Source: an uncultured Gammaproteobacteria bacterium (GTDB taxonomy: Bacteria > Patescibacteriota > Microgenomatia > UBA8517). From it: a stretch of DNA of 64,000 bases. Shown in pieces: positions 41,180-50,524 of the stretch (position 1 is its first letter; each line of letters begins with the position of its first letter). The DNA is taken from positions 641,488 to 705,487 of the forward strand of contig OZ246419.1 in assembly GCA_965231135.1 (NCBI GenBank), read 5' to 3'. The position numbers and the translations under genes are program-made. The notes below the pieces were generated by a model that searched no databases, was not told the DNA's origin, and saw only the letters and a list, made by a program, of their open reading frames with translations.

Positions 41180-42160
41180 ATGATTATTCCTCCAAAATAT
41201 TTCTTGACCCCACAAATAAGCAAACTGCTTGCTGAGATTGAAGCCAACAAAGAAGTCGTAGATTCGATCCCGGTTCCAATTGAAATAGAACAAAACTTAA
41301 GGCGCAAATCTACGCTTGCAAGCTCTGTTTTTTCTGCGCGAATTGAGGGAAATCCAACAACGCTTGAAGATTTTGCACACCTTCCTTCAAAAGACCAGAA
41401 AAGAGTTGAAGTAAATAATATTTTAAGAGCAATTAACTGGATTTTTGAGCGAAGTGGCAGGGATATCACAGTAAAGGATATTTTAAATCTGCATTCTATA
41501 ACCATGAAAGGAATCGAATATGAAGAGCTTGGGAGATTTAGAAAAAAACACGAAGGAGTGTTTGCAGCAGGAGGCGTAATGATTTATCACACTCCTCCAC
41601 CTTCTCATGTCCCTAAATTAATTGACAGACTTATCAAATATGCAAATGCAGACAGGGAAACTTTTGCGCCGATTAGAGCTGTGATTTCTCATTATGCATT
41701 TGAAAAAATTCATCCCTTTGCAGACGGTAACGGCCGCGTTGGCAGGTTGTTTTTACTTATGATACTTGCTAAAAGCGGCTACGGATTTAAAGGAATTTTG
41801 CCTTTTGAAGAAATGATTGATAAAAGGCGCGAAACTTATTACAAAATGCTTGAAGAAAGCGAGCGTGATATTACAAATTATATAGAGTTTATGCTTGAGA
41901 CAATTCGCGATGCATCAAGCGCTACTAAGAAAAATATTTTACAAAAACAGGAGCCGCAAGTTGCTGATTTTTTGCTTCCGAGGCGGGCTGAGATTTATCA
42001 AATTATAAAAGAGCAGAAATTAGTTAATTTTGATCAGATCCGAAGAAGATTTAGAGATGTTAATGAAAGAACTTTAAGATATGATTTGAAAAAACTGCAA
42101 GATGGAGGGCAAATACGAAAAAGAGGAAGTACAAGAGGAGTTTATTATGAAGTTATTTAG
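41180..42160 (+). CDS. Fic-family protein, class II (intramolecular N-terminal inhibitory helix), with a C-terminal wHTH-like tail
   Basis: Fic motif HPFADGNGRVGR; N-terminal SARIEGN matches the (S/T)xxxE(G/N) inhibitory motif. Confidence 0.85.
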   Translation: MIIPPKYFLTPQISKLLAEIEANKEVVDSIPVPIEIEQNLRRKSTLASSVFSARIEGNPTTLEDFAHLPSKDQKRVEVNNILRAINWIFERSGRDITVKDILNLHSITMKGIEYEELGRFRKKHEGVFAAGGVMIYHTPPPSHVPKLIDRLIKYANADRETFAPIRAVISHYAFEKIHPFADGNGRVGRLFLLMILAKSGYGFKGILPFEEMIDKRRETYYKMLEESERDITNYIEFMLETIRDASSATKKNILQKQEPQVADFLLPRRAEIYQIIKEQKLVNFDQIRRRFRDVNERTLRYDLKKLQDGGQIRKRGSTRGVYYEVI

Positions 42161-42491
42161 CAGGTATCCTTGAAATAGTAATTCTGGCTTCTGACATTTC
42201 TCTCATCTTACTTTCATGTCTTTTGGTTATTTCTTCCTGTTCTTCTATTAATAAAATTAACGCTTCTTCTTTTTCTTCGTTAGTTGAAGTATTTATTCTT
42301 TCTTGGATGTCATCGTATTGCAAACGTTTTTGGTTATATGTATTTTCATTCTCTGGTGTAGGTTGTTCTAATAAGTTCAACAAAGCTAAATCTTTTTGCA
42401 ATCCAACTTTATAAAGTTCATGAACATGGGCTAACAAATTTTTAGCTGGATTATTTTGTTTTTGAATTTCTGGTTTTTGATCTGGTGACAT
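42153..42491 (-). CDS. Hypothetical acidic helical protein
   Basis: 112-aa ORF. Confidence 0.3.
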   Translation of the reverse strand: MSPDQKPEIQKQNNPAKNLLAHVHELYKVGLQKDLALLNLLEQPTPENENTYNQKRLQYDDIQERINTSTNEEKEEALILLIEEQEEITKRHESKMREMSEARITISRIPAK

Positions 42492-42526
42492 AAGTGGATT
42501 ATATTATAAGTTTTATTTACTTACAA

Positions 42527-43711
42527 TCATTCCAAACTCACAACTTTTTCTGGCTTTTTGAAGATTTGGTAACCAACATAAACACAGACTAAACTCAAAA
42601 GTGCTCCTCCTAAAAATGGGCTGGCCACGCTAAAGACACTGGCCATTAATCCGCCAATAATCGGGCCAAAGATTGTACCGATACTTGCATAGCTTTGGTT
42701 TATTCCCATAATTTCTCCCTGAGATTTGAAATCAACTTCTTTTGATAGTAAGGATGCAATTAAAGGCTGGACAAAAGAGTTTGAAAGAGAAATAAAAATG
42801 GATGTGATCACAAAGAAAAGATATGAATGTGCTATGAAAACTCCGAAAAAGCCAACAACTGAAATAATTAATGCCTGTATCATCAGTTTTTTGTCAGCAA
42901 TACGCTTTGTCAATTGCGGAATCAAAAAACCTTGGGCAACTAAGCCGACAATTCCAAAAATAACAAAGTTTAGAGCAATTACAGTATCTGATAAACCTAA
43001 AACGCTTTTTGCGAAAGGATTGTATGCATAAATAAGGAGACCAAAAGCAAGAGCATAAATCAAACCAACCATGAGCGTTGAACCGACGTTTTCGTCAACA
43101 ATTGATTTTGCGAGCTTTGGAAAATCAAATAACTTTCTCTGGTTTACTTGGCCAATGTGCTGGTTAGTTTCTGGAAGCATAAACCAGGTTATAACTACTG
43201 AAATAAACGTAATGACGGCTGCAATTATAAATGGCAAAGATGGATTAATTCCCACTGTTAAAGCTGAAATTGCAGGGCCGAAAACAAATCCAAAACCAAA
43301 AGCTGCTCCAATTATTCCGAAGCCTTTTGCCCTGTCTTTTGGCTCGACGGTATCTGATATAACAGACATGGCGACAGGAACATTCCCAGCAGTAAGACCA
43401 TCAAGAGCGCGAGCTATAAATAAAAAGATAGCGCTCGGAGCAAAAGCCATGGTCAAAAATGATAAAACTGTTCCAGCCAAGGAAAGAATTAAAAGAGGCC
43501 TTCTGCCAAAGCGGTCAGAGAAATTTCCTATCACAGGAGATGATAAAAATTGACACAATGAAAACAACGAAAACAACAGTCCATTTTGAAAATTACTTAA
43601 ACCAAAACGTGCAGCGTAGGAAAATTGAATAGGAATAATAATGCCGTATCCAAGGGCATTTACTATCGCGATAAGAGAAACAATTAATAACGGGCGGTTG
43701 TTTTTAAACAT
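42527..43711 (-). CDS. MFS transporter
   Basis: 12 TM helices; GNFSDRFGRRP is MFS motif A-like. Confidence 0.85.
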   Translation of the reverse strand: MFKNNRPLLIVSLIAIVNALGYGIIIPIQFSYAARFGLSNFQNGLLFSLFSLCQFLSSPVIGNFSDRFGRRPLLILSLAGTVLSFLTMAFAPSAIFLFIARALDGLTAGNVPVAMSVISDTVEPKDRAKGFGIIGAAFGFGFVFGPAISALTVGINPSLPFIIAAVITFISVVITWFMLPETNQHIGQVNQRKLFDFPKLAKSIVDENVGSTLMVGLIYALAFGLLIYAYNPFAKSVLGLSDTVIALNFVIFGIVGLVAQGFLIPQLTKRIADKKLMIQALIISVVGFFGVFIAHSYLFFVITSIFISLSNSFVQPLIASLLSKEVDFKSQGEIMGINQSYASIGTIFGPIIGGLMASVFSVASPFLGGALLSLVCVYVGYQIFKKPEKVVSLE

Positions 43712-43760
43712 TTGGCAACGAAGTTATATTTTAACCGATAGCAATTTAGAAGGTCAAGTG

Positions 43761-44291
43761 CTAAATTCCTTGTATCTTATTCATCAAGCATAAGCTGAAT
43801 GAAGTTACAATATTGGTAGGATTGCCATCTTTATCGCCAAAGTTCAATTTTAAAGCTAATTCCATACCTGCAAATACCATAGCATTAAATCCAGTTTTAT
43901 GATTCTCTTCAAACTTTTTAGTGTAATCAATTGTCATCAATAAACCATCAGTATCTTCAAGATGAGCTAGTTCCATACCTAAAAATTCTGGTAACGGCAT
44001 TTCTTCACCTGTAATACTCATTTTAGCTACTTCTGCCGGAAATAATTGCATTATACTTGCCTGTTCTTCTAATTTTGGTTTTAGTTGTTTATTTTTTTCC
44101 ACACGGGCTTGTAATTCTTCGTGATTTGGCAACACAGTTGTGTCTCTACTGGAAATTATCCTTATTGAATTATCTGCAATCATCCAATCTCTTTGATATT
44201 TACTTATCAAACGAGAAGTTGTTTTTGTTACAAAACTTCGAGATTGTTCATTTAAGTCAGCTTTTGATAATTGGCCTTCAAAATCTATCAT
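43761..44291 (-). CDS. Hypothetical 176-aa protein (start trimmed to the internal ATG)
   Basis: The track ORF begins at a TTG and its first 68 aa overlap the divergent gene and look like AT-rich non-coding translation. The internal Met codon lies at 44291-44289. Confidence 0.4.
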   Translation of the reverse strand: MIDFEGQLSKADLNEQSRSFVTKTTSRLISKYQRDWMIADNSIRIISSRDTTVLPNHEELQARVEKNKQLKPKLEEQASIMQLFPAEVAKMSITGEEMPLPEFLGMELAHLEDTDGLLMTIDYTKKFEENHKTGFNAMVFAGMELALKLNFGDKDGNPTNIVTSFSLCLMNKIQGI

Positions 44292-44330
44292 GATGCATAG
44301 TATAATGAATTTTATCCGTACGGACAAGCT

Positions 44331-44681
44331 TTGCTTATGACAAAATACCAAGAATATTTTAATAACATGATTGCAAATAATAAGGAGCTTTTTGATGAAT
44401 TTAAACAAATTCACGACAGATATGGACTTGAAGAGGAGAAACTTCAAAAAGAATTTAATGAAATTGGGGCAAAAGTACAAACCGTAATTCGCCAATGGGA
44501 AGATAAACTTTGTGGACGAAGCGAAGGTTCAGGATATGCAAGTTATTCAGGAGGATTGGCACAGAAATTTCAAGATGAAGTGAGAAAAATGTTTCCTCTA
44601 ATTGACAATGTGGGAATAATTAGACAAGCCCCGGCACTTGTCGAAGAACCTGTATTTAATTTAAAGAAGATTAATTTATGA
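44331..44681 (+). CDS. Hypothetical 116-aa helical protein, translationally coupled to the downstream mini-GNAT
   Basis: TATAAT at 44301-44306 upstream. Its stop overlaps the next gene's ATG (ATGA). Confidence 0.45.
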   Translation: MLMTKYQEYFNNMIANNKELFDEFKQIHDRYGLEEEKLQKEFNEIGAKVQTVIRQWEDKLCGRSEGSGYASYSGGLAQKFQDEVRKMFPLIDNVGIIRQAPALVEEPVFNLKKINL

Positions 44682-45025
44682 AAAATTATAATTTGATCGT
44701 GAATAGTTTTGAAGTACCTGATCATATTCAGGGTGATCGAAAAGTTTTTTACATATTTGCTCGCAATGGAAATGAAGATCTGGGATCTTTATTTGGAAAA
44801 ACTATCAAAAATTCCGCGTTTGTTGAAATGTTGAATGTCGGATTAAATGAACGAGGAAATGGAATAGGGAGTGCCCTACTTAATAGATTTGTACAAGAAG
44901 CTAAAGAAAACGGGGCTAGAGATATTAGAGCAACAATTGGTTCGCTTGATATTCCTAAATTAGAAGAATTTTATAGAAAAAATAATTTCGAAATTGACGA
45001 TGAGTATGCAACAATGAGACTTTAA
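44678..45025 (+). CDS. Minimal GNAT-fold N-acetyltransferase (115 aa)
   Basis: Motif A ERGNGIGSALL (Q/RxxGxG/A) and motif B-like EFYRKNNFE. The N-terminus is about 40 aa shorter than typical GNATs. Confidence 0.6.
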   Translation: MKNYNLIVNSFEVPDHIQGDRKVFYIFARNGNEDLGSLFGKTIKNSAFVEMLNVGLNERGNGIGSALLNRFVQEAKENGARDIRATIGSLDIPKLEEFYRKNNFEIDDEYATMRL

Positions 45026-45520
45026 TTATTGATTGAAGTTAATATTGAAATCTACATTTGGTAAATTAAGATCGCTTTGCTTCACATCACTACTATTTAA
45101 TTGGCTTTGAAAACCGTTTAAGTCACTTTCGATTTTTAATACTCCGCTATCTGTTGCGTATCTGCTTGCATTTAAAATGATATTTGGAGCTGGAGTAACT
45201 GAAACTGGTGTTGGTGAAGGAGTCAGAACTGGAACTGTTTTTTTCTTAGGTCCTATTAAAAGAAGTAATAAAAATAAAATAAAAATAATTGCAAAGACAA
45301 TTGAAGCAATAATTACAAGCATTCGTGATCTTGGAGATAGATTATTAAATTTTTCTTTCCAGTTTTGTCTTAAATTATCAATTGTATTTTTGAAATTATT
45401 AAAATCTGTTGCCATTTGAGGAGATTGAACTGCGGTCTCCTGAGTATTTGTTGCTACTGGATTTGGAACAGGAGCTATCGGCTGTGGTGGTGTTATATTT
45501 TGGTTGTTTTGATTTTCCAT
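45026..45520 (-). CDS. Single-pass membrane protein with a Pro-rich N-terminus
   Basis: 164 aa; TM MLVIIASIVFAIIFILFLLLLLI. Confidence 0.4.
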   Translation of the reverse strand: MENQNNQNITPPQPIAPVPNPVATNTQETAVQSPQMATDFNNFKNTIDNLRQNWKEKFNNLSPRSRMLVIIASIVFAIIFILFLLLLLIGPKKKTVPVLTPSPTPVSVTPAPNIILNASRYATDSGVLKIESDLNGFQSQLNSSDVKQSDLNLPNVDFNINFNQ

Positions 45521-45529
45521 AATTTATTT

Positions 45530-46327
45530 TTAATTTGATTTTATTTCAGCAATTATTTGCAACATTTCCTGATTTGCTTCTTTAAGATATGAATTTGAAT
45601 CGCTTAAATTACTTTGAGAATCTTCAAAATCGTTATCCAGCTGATTATCATTTGGCTTTGCAGAATTAATATTGTTGACTGCGTCGCTATCTTTACTCTC
45701 GCTTCTACTTATTTTATCCTGAACATCAATTAAAGATCTTGAAACAACTGTTACATCTTTATCCTGATTTGCTTTTATTTCATCAATTTTTGCAGAAAGG
45801 GTTGTGATTTCGTTTGATAACTCCCCTCTTATAAAAGAATTATTAGCTGCGCCAATTGTTATCAAACTTCTGTAAATTAAATCAAGAGTGGAACTTTTAT
45901 ATTGATCTTGAGCTTCGTTGCTGTCATTAACCAGGTCGTTTAGAGTTGAAGCAGAAGGAATACGGCTTGCATGATTTTGGTACCAGGAAATTTCAGTATT
46001 AATTTGGCCGGTTAATGAGCTTTGATCAGTACTATTTATCCCTACCGTAGAAGATAGTTTAGTGCGAATTGCTGTCAAATAATTTATAAATACTGCATCA
46101 CGGCTTTGAAGCATTTGAGAAGTTGCCTGAATCGCTTTATCCTGACTATCAATACTTCCTGAAGCAATATATGTTGCACGAGCTGTTAAATAAGCGTCAT
46201 GAGCAGCGTTATAAGTTCCTGTTTGATTAATATAATTTTGATAATCAGAAGCATAATCAGCATGGACAATGAGTGTAAAAGTAGAAATTAAAAATAAAGA
46301 AAGAAAAATTACAGAAAACTTTTTCAT
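45530..46327 (-). CDS. Secreted helical protein
   Basis: Signal peptide MKKFSVIFLSLFLISTFTLIVHA. Confidence 0.45.
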   Translation of the reverse strand: MKKFSVIFLSLFLISTFTLIVHADYASDYQNYINQTGTYNAAHDAYLTARATYIASGSIDSQDKAIQATSQMLQSRDAVFINYLTAIRTKLSSTVGINSTDQSSLTGQINTEISWYQNHASRIPSASTLNDLVNDSNEAQDQYKSSTLDLIYRSLITIGAANNSFIRGELSNEITTLSAKIDEIKANQDKDVTVVSRSLIDVQDKISRSESKDSDAVNNINSAKPNDNQLDNDFEDSQSNLSDSNSYLKEANQEMLQIIAEIKSN

Positions 46328-46350
46328 CTATAAATATGATACTGGAATTA

Positions 46351-46384
46351 TTGACTTTTGCAAAATAATTATTTATTATAGGAG
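46351..46384 (+). promoter_or_regulatory. Sigma-70-like promoter: TTGACT, 17 nt spacer, TATTAT; followed by AGGAG 9 nt before the ATG of 46394
   Basis: Read directly from the sequence. Confidence 0.5.
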
Positions 46385-46393
46385 TCCGTAAAT

Positions 46394-47530
46394 ATGTCAC
46401 CAAAACTTGAAAGGTTTAGTGAACGCTTGGGAGATTTAACCCAAAAAGCCATAAATAGAAAAACAGATGCTTTAAAAACAGAAGCTCATCGTGCAATTGA
46501 CGAAAACAATTATGGTGTTTTGAACTCTGTGACAGGTTCTCTCGCTTCACTTGATTTCACTGCTCGAGCTAGACTTGAACAAATTCTATCTGATTACACA
46601 AATTTTATTCAAGAATATGGAATCAACGAAGAAGATTTCAACTTAGAAGAATTCATGGAAGGACTAGCTGGCCACATTACTTCAAAGGAAACTATTCAGA
46701 AAAACACTAAAGTTAGGCCTTTTATCCTGTCTACGCTTATTATGAAAAACAATGATGGAACTTTTAAATACAGGAAAGAAGATATTGTTGTTTTAGCTAG
46801 TGACAAATTTAATATGCCTGAAGAAAAAGCAACTAGATCGTTATTACACGCTAGGTTACACGTTAAAGATACAATTGAAAAAGCTGTTATCGCTAAACCT
46901 GAAATACGAACTGTTAGAGATTTTCGAGACTATTTCGAGAGACCATCTAAAAGTGGTCAGTCGACACTAAAAGATTTTTATGAAAACGCAGCAACAATAT
47001 ATGGAGAATATTTAGTAACTGATTTTATAGATCAAGTTTTATATAGAAGAGAACCAGATAAAACAGATGAATTAACTGCACAAATTGAGCCAATTCATGA
47101 AATTAGACTAAGTACTGCCTTACTTGAGAACGAGCATATAGAGAAAATAGAAAGCTTATTCAATAAAGGTTTTGGTCATATATTAATTGATAATGGTTGG
47201 AGTGAAAGCGTCAACTGGGAAACTTGTGTTAGAAGGAGCCAGGAAGCTGCAACCAAAAAAAGACCTGTAAACATATCAGATTCTCAAAAAAAACATGATT
47301 TAACTGCTGCAAGAGAATTTATAGAAAATTATGTCGAAGAGTTAACAATAAATCGAAATAAATATTCAAGAGTCATGGATTTGAGAGGGCATCATGGTTT
47401 CAAGGTATTATATTGTCTTTCTGGAGAGTTCGTAAACCGTCCAGATTTGGCTGCACAATTACTACACATTCTATTTCCAACTCATACATACGAGCTTAAA
47501 AATAACGGTGAAATAAAAAGAATAAGTTAG
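46394..47530 (+). CDS. Orphan 378-aa hypothetical protein
   Basis: Long ORF with a strong promoter and SD; no recognisable motif; codon usage differs somewhat from its neighbours. Confidence 0.55.
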   Translation: MSPKLERFSERLGDLTQKAINRKTDALKTEAHRAIDENNYGVLNSVTGSLASLDFTARARLEQILSDYTNFIQEYGINEEDFNLEEFMEGLAGHITSKETIQKNTKVRPFILSTLIMKNNDGTFKYRKEDIVVLASDKFNMPEEKATRSLLHARLHVKDTIEKAVIAKPEIRTVRDFRDYFERPSKSGQSTLKDFYENAATIYGEYLVTDFIDQVLYRREPDKTDELTAQIEPIHEIRLSTALLENEHIEKIESLFNKGFGHILIDNGWSESVNWETCVRRSQEAATKKRPVNISDSQKKHDLTAAREFIENYVEELTINRNKYSRVMDLRGHHGFKVLYCLSGEFVNRPDLAAQLLHILFPTHTYELKNNGEIKRIS

Positions 47531-48159
47531 TAGGTAACTTTGATCCTTCCACTATCAACAAAAGCAGTTGAACCGTTTAAAGATTTTACTTGAATTACAT
47601 AAGTATTATTCCCGCTCCAGAATTGTAAACTTCCGGAAATCACATCAGTTGAAGTGCTGGTATTACTGATATTTATTTCTGATCCATTTACTGCAATATT
47701 GTGAGTTGTGTCATATATCCTTGCGAAGGTTTCGCCGCTGCCATTATCAACTCTTAAATTTGCATCCCAAATTACATACGGGAGTTTATCGCCTTGCGGC
47801 GTACCATAGTCGTTAATATTAAAATTAAATTGAGAGCTGTTTATTGTTGTCCAATCTGTATTCTGAGTTGAACCACCAGTTAATGGTATATAGGTAATTT
47901 GAGTAATAGGCTTTGCTGTAGCAATGGCTTTTGGAGAAGCTGTTGGAAAAACTGTAGACGTTGCAATTGGAGAGTTTGTAGGAGATGAAGTTTGCTGTAC
48001 TGGATTATAAACAACTGGAGTTTGAGTCTGGACTGGAGTATTTAAATTATTTTTAAGCTGGAGAATTTCGACTTGCGTAAAAATAAAATTACCAATGAAA
48101 AAGAAAGTAAGAATAAAAATTACAACCCAAATTGCCTTATCATGATGATTTATCATCAT
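47527..48159 (-). CDS. Membrane-anchored secreted protein
   Basis: N-terminal TM followed by a Thr/Ser/Asn-rich beta-like domain; convergent with 46394-47530. Confidence 0.45.
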   Translation of the reverse strand: MMINHHDKAIWVVIFILTFFFIGNFIFTQVEILQLKNNLNTPVQTQTPVVYNPVQQTSSPTNSPIATSTVFPTASPKAIATAKPITQITYIPLTGGSTQNTDWTTINSSQFNFNINDYGTPQGDKLPYVIWDANLRVDNGSGETFARIYDTTHNIAVNGSEINISNTSTSTDVISGSLQFWSGNNTYVIQVKSLNGSTAFVDSGRIKVTY

Positions 48160-49543
48160 TAACAGTATATCCTTTTTGAATTATTTCGTCTCTGATTTTA
48201 TCTGCTTCTTCATAATTTCCAGATTTTCTTAATTCCTCTCTTTTTTGCATTAAATCTTTGATCTCCTGAGGAATTTCTTTTTGTGTAACTTCTTTATTTA
48301 ATTCAAGACCTAAAACTTCGTCAAAATCCATAATTAGATCATATTTATCCTCGGAGGGAATATTTGATTTTAAAACTTCCCAAACTACTGCAAGAGCTTG
48401 CGGCATATTTAAATCATCAGAAATTGCATCTGTAAATTCTTTTCTGTATGCATCAACTTTTGATAATTTTTCTTCAGAAAGAGAATTTCTTTCTTCTTGT
48501 GAACGTAAATTTTGAACCTGAAGTTTCAGTTTATTCAATGCAGCCTGTGCCGCAGACAAAGCTTCCCAGGTGAAATTTAATTGCTTTCTGTAGTGCCCTG
48601 TAAAATAAAAATATCGCAAATCCAAATCATCAAAACCTTTTTCTTCAACATCATGCAATGTATAAGCATTGCCTAAACTTTTTCCCATTCTTCCTCCATC
48701 AACAGTTAAAAATGCTCCATGAACCCAATATTTTACAAAGGGAATTTTACCAGTTGCTCCTTCTGACTGGGCAATTTCATTTGGATGATGAGTGGACCGA
48801 AGGTCTTCGCCGCCTGCGTGAATATCAAACTGCTCTCCTAAATATTTCATGCTCATGGCAGAACACTCAATATGCCAGCCAGGAAAACCAGTTCCCCATG
48901 GGCTTTCCCATTCCATTTGTCTCTTTTCGTCTTTCGGAGAAAATTTCCATAATGCAAAATCTCGAGGATTTTTTTTCTGTGGATTTGGCTCGACTCTTGC
49001 ACCCTCTTTAATTTGATCCAAATTAGACATCTCACCATATTTTTCTCCAGTTTGTTTTTCGAAGGCTACAGTATCAAAATAAATTCCATCACTAATTTTG
49101 TAAGTTAATTTTTTCTTTTCTAATACTTCAATTAATTTTATTTGATCGTCAATGTGATCTGTTGCTTTTGCGATAATATCTGGTTTTTCGATATTTAATT
49201 TAGACAAACTATTTACGAAATCGTCTCCATAAAACTTCGCAATATCCCAGGCTGTTTTATTTTCTTTTTTTGAAGCTTTTTCAAGGCGATCTTCGCCAGT
49301 GTCAGCGTCTCCAGAATTGTCCCCTGTCAAATGACCAACATCTGTGAGATTCATTACATATTTAGTTTCATATCCCAAAAATTTTAATGTTCTTAAAAGC
49401 AAATCAGAGGTTACATAAGTACGATAATTTCCAATTGTGGGATAAGAATAAACTGTCGGGCCGCAAGTATACATTCCAACATGGGGAGGATTTATGGGTT
49501 TGAATTCTTCAACTTTTCTTGAGAGAGAGTTATAAAGTTGCAT
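48140..49543 (-). CDS. cysS: Cysteinyl-tRNA synthetase
   Basis: WHIECSAM, HHPNEIAQSE, and RMGKSLGN in place of KMSKS. The expected HIGH reads TIGN (CGPTVYSYPTIGNYRT). Confidence 0.88.
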   Translation of the reverse strand: MQLYNSLSRKVEEFKPINPPHVGMYTCGPTVYSYPTIGNYRTYVTSDLLLRTLKFLGYETKYVMNLTDVGHLTGDNSGDADTGEDRLEKASKKENKTAWDIAKFYGDDFVNSLSKLNIEKPDIIAKATDHIDDQIKLIEVLEKKKLTYKISDGIYFDTVAFEKQTGEKYGEMSNLDQIKEGARVEPNPQKKNPRDFALWKFSPKDEKRQMEWESPWGTGFPGWHIECSAMSMKYLGEQFDIHAGGEDLRSTHHPNEIAQSEGATGKIPFVKYWVHGAFLTVDGGRMGKSLGNAYTLHDVEEKGFDDLDLRYFYFTGHYRKQLNFTWEALSAAQAALNKLKLQVQNLRSQEERNSLSEEKLSKVDAYRKEFTDAISDDLNMPQALAVVWEVLKSNIPSEDKYDLIMDFDEVLGLELNKEVTQKEIPQEIKDLMQKREELRKSGNYEEADKIRDEIIQKGYTVNDDKSS

Positions 49544-49547
49544 TTAT

Positions 49548-50273
49548 TTATTTTATATCAGAATCTAATTTAGAAATATATGATATAAGTTTTTCTCTTT
49601 GAACCATTTGCGGTTTTGATAAATTAGAATTTGGAAACGATCTTAGCATTCTTCTTCCAAGAAACAATGTTAACGGTTTAAGGTCAGCTTCTAATTTGTC
49701 GTTTAAATAAGTATAAAAATGTATTGTGTTAAGCGTTTTAATATATTCATCTCTATCTACAGGTCCAATGATAATTATTGGAAGACCGGTTCTGATAGAT
49801 AGTAAAGCGTTTGTTTCTCTAGCGTCTCGACCGTTTCCTTCTCTGAAGGGATGAATGCGTGCCATCCAGTAATGGGTAAATGACATTGTTTCTAAAATTT
49901 TTCCAATTTCAATTCCAGCGACTTTTTTACAATCTATCGCTTTTATTTTTTCATCAGATGCTACTCCTAATTTTTTCATTAAATAAGGAACATCTTCTGG
50001 TTGTGGCGGTGAGACTGGGGATATTGGCATAAAAACGTTTTTTGTTCGATATTCCCCTGCTACAGCATCCAGTCTACCTTTTAATTCTTCTTTTGATACC
50101 AATCTTAAGTTTAAATTTTTGACTATTGTTTCAAAAGCGGGTAAATTAAATTTTTTTGCAACTGAAATAGAATATTGCCTTGCAAGATGAGCTCTGCATA
50201 AAGCTGAAACACTGTCTTTTTTGTTTTCATTCTCAGGTAATCGGTTTCCTTCACTTTCAATTCGTACAATCAT
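49548..50273 (-). CDS. Fic/Doc-family protein
   Basis: HPFREGNGRDAR Fic motif; 241 aa. Confidence 0.8.
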   Translation of the reverse strand: MIVRIESEGNRLPENENKKDSVSALCRAHLARQYSISVAKKFNLPAFETIVKNLNLRLVSKEELKGRLDAVAGEYRTKNVFMPISPVSPPQPEDVPYLMKKLGVASDEKIKAIDCKKVAGIEIGKILETMSFTHYWMARIHPFREGNGRDARETNALLSIRTGLPIIIIGPVDRDEYIKTLNTIHFYTYLNDKLEADLKPLTLFLGRRMLRSFPNSNLSKPQMVQREKLISYISKLDSDIK

Positions 50274-50482
50274 AAGCCGTATCCTCCTTTAATAACTTTC
50301 AAAAAAATTAACTTTTCGAAAATTTGTTTTTTAAATTCGATTAATTTCATTTCGGTTATAATTTCATCTATTTTTTCTTCGGAAAACACATAATCACCAT
50401 CAATAGCAACTGAACCGATTAATTGAATAAGTTCAGTTGCCTTGGGCGGGATGTCGTTAAACTCCATCTCTACCGAAGACAT
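50270..50482 (-). CDS. 70-aa protein encoded immediately upstream of the Fic gene, overlapping it by 4 nt; candidate Fic antitoxin / inhibitory-helix protein
   Basis: Contains GSVAIDG (S-x-x-x-D-G), close to the (S/T)xxxE(G/N) inhibitory motif; ATGA coupling. Confidence 0.4.
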   Translation of the reverse strand: MSSVEMEFNDIPPKATELIQLIGSVAIDGDYVFSEEKIDEIITEMKLIEFKKQIFEKLIFLKVIKGGYGL

Positions 50483-50524
50483 CTTTATGCAATTTTACTG
50501 CAAATTGGCTCAACAATAAAGTTT

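Noticed and set aside
44292-44495. N-terminal 68 aa of track ORF 43761-44495 (TTG start)
   Set aside because: This segment overlaps the divergent gene 44331-44681 and translates as a Phe/Lys/Ile-rich AT-driven sequence. The gene was trimmed to the internal ATG at 44291.
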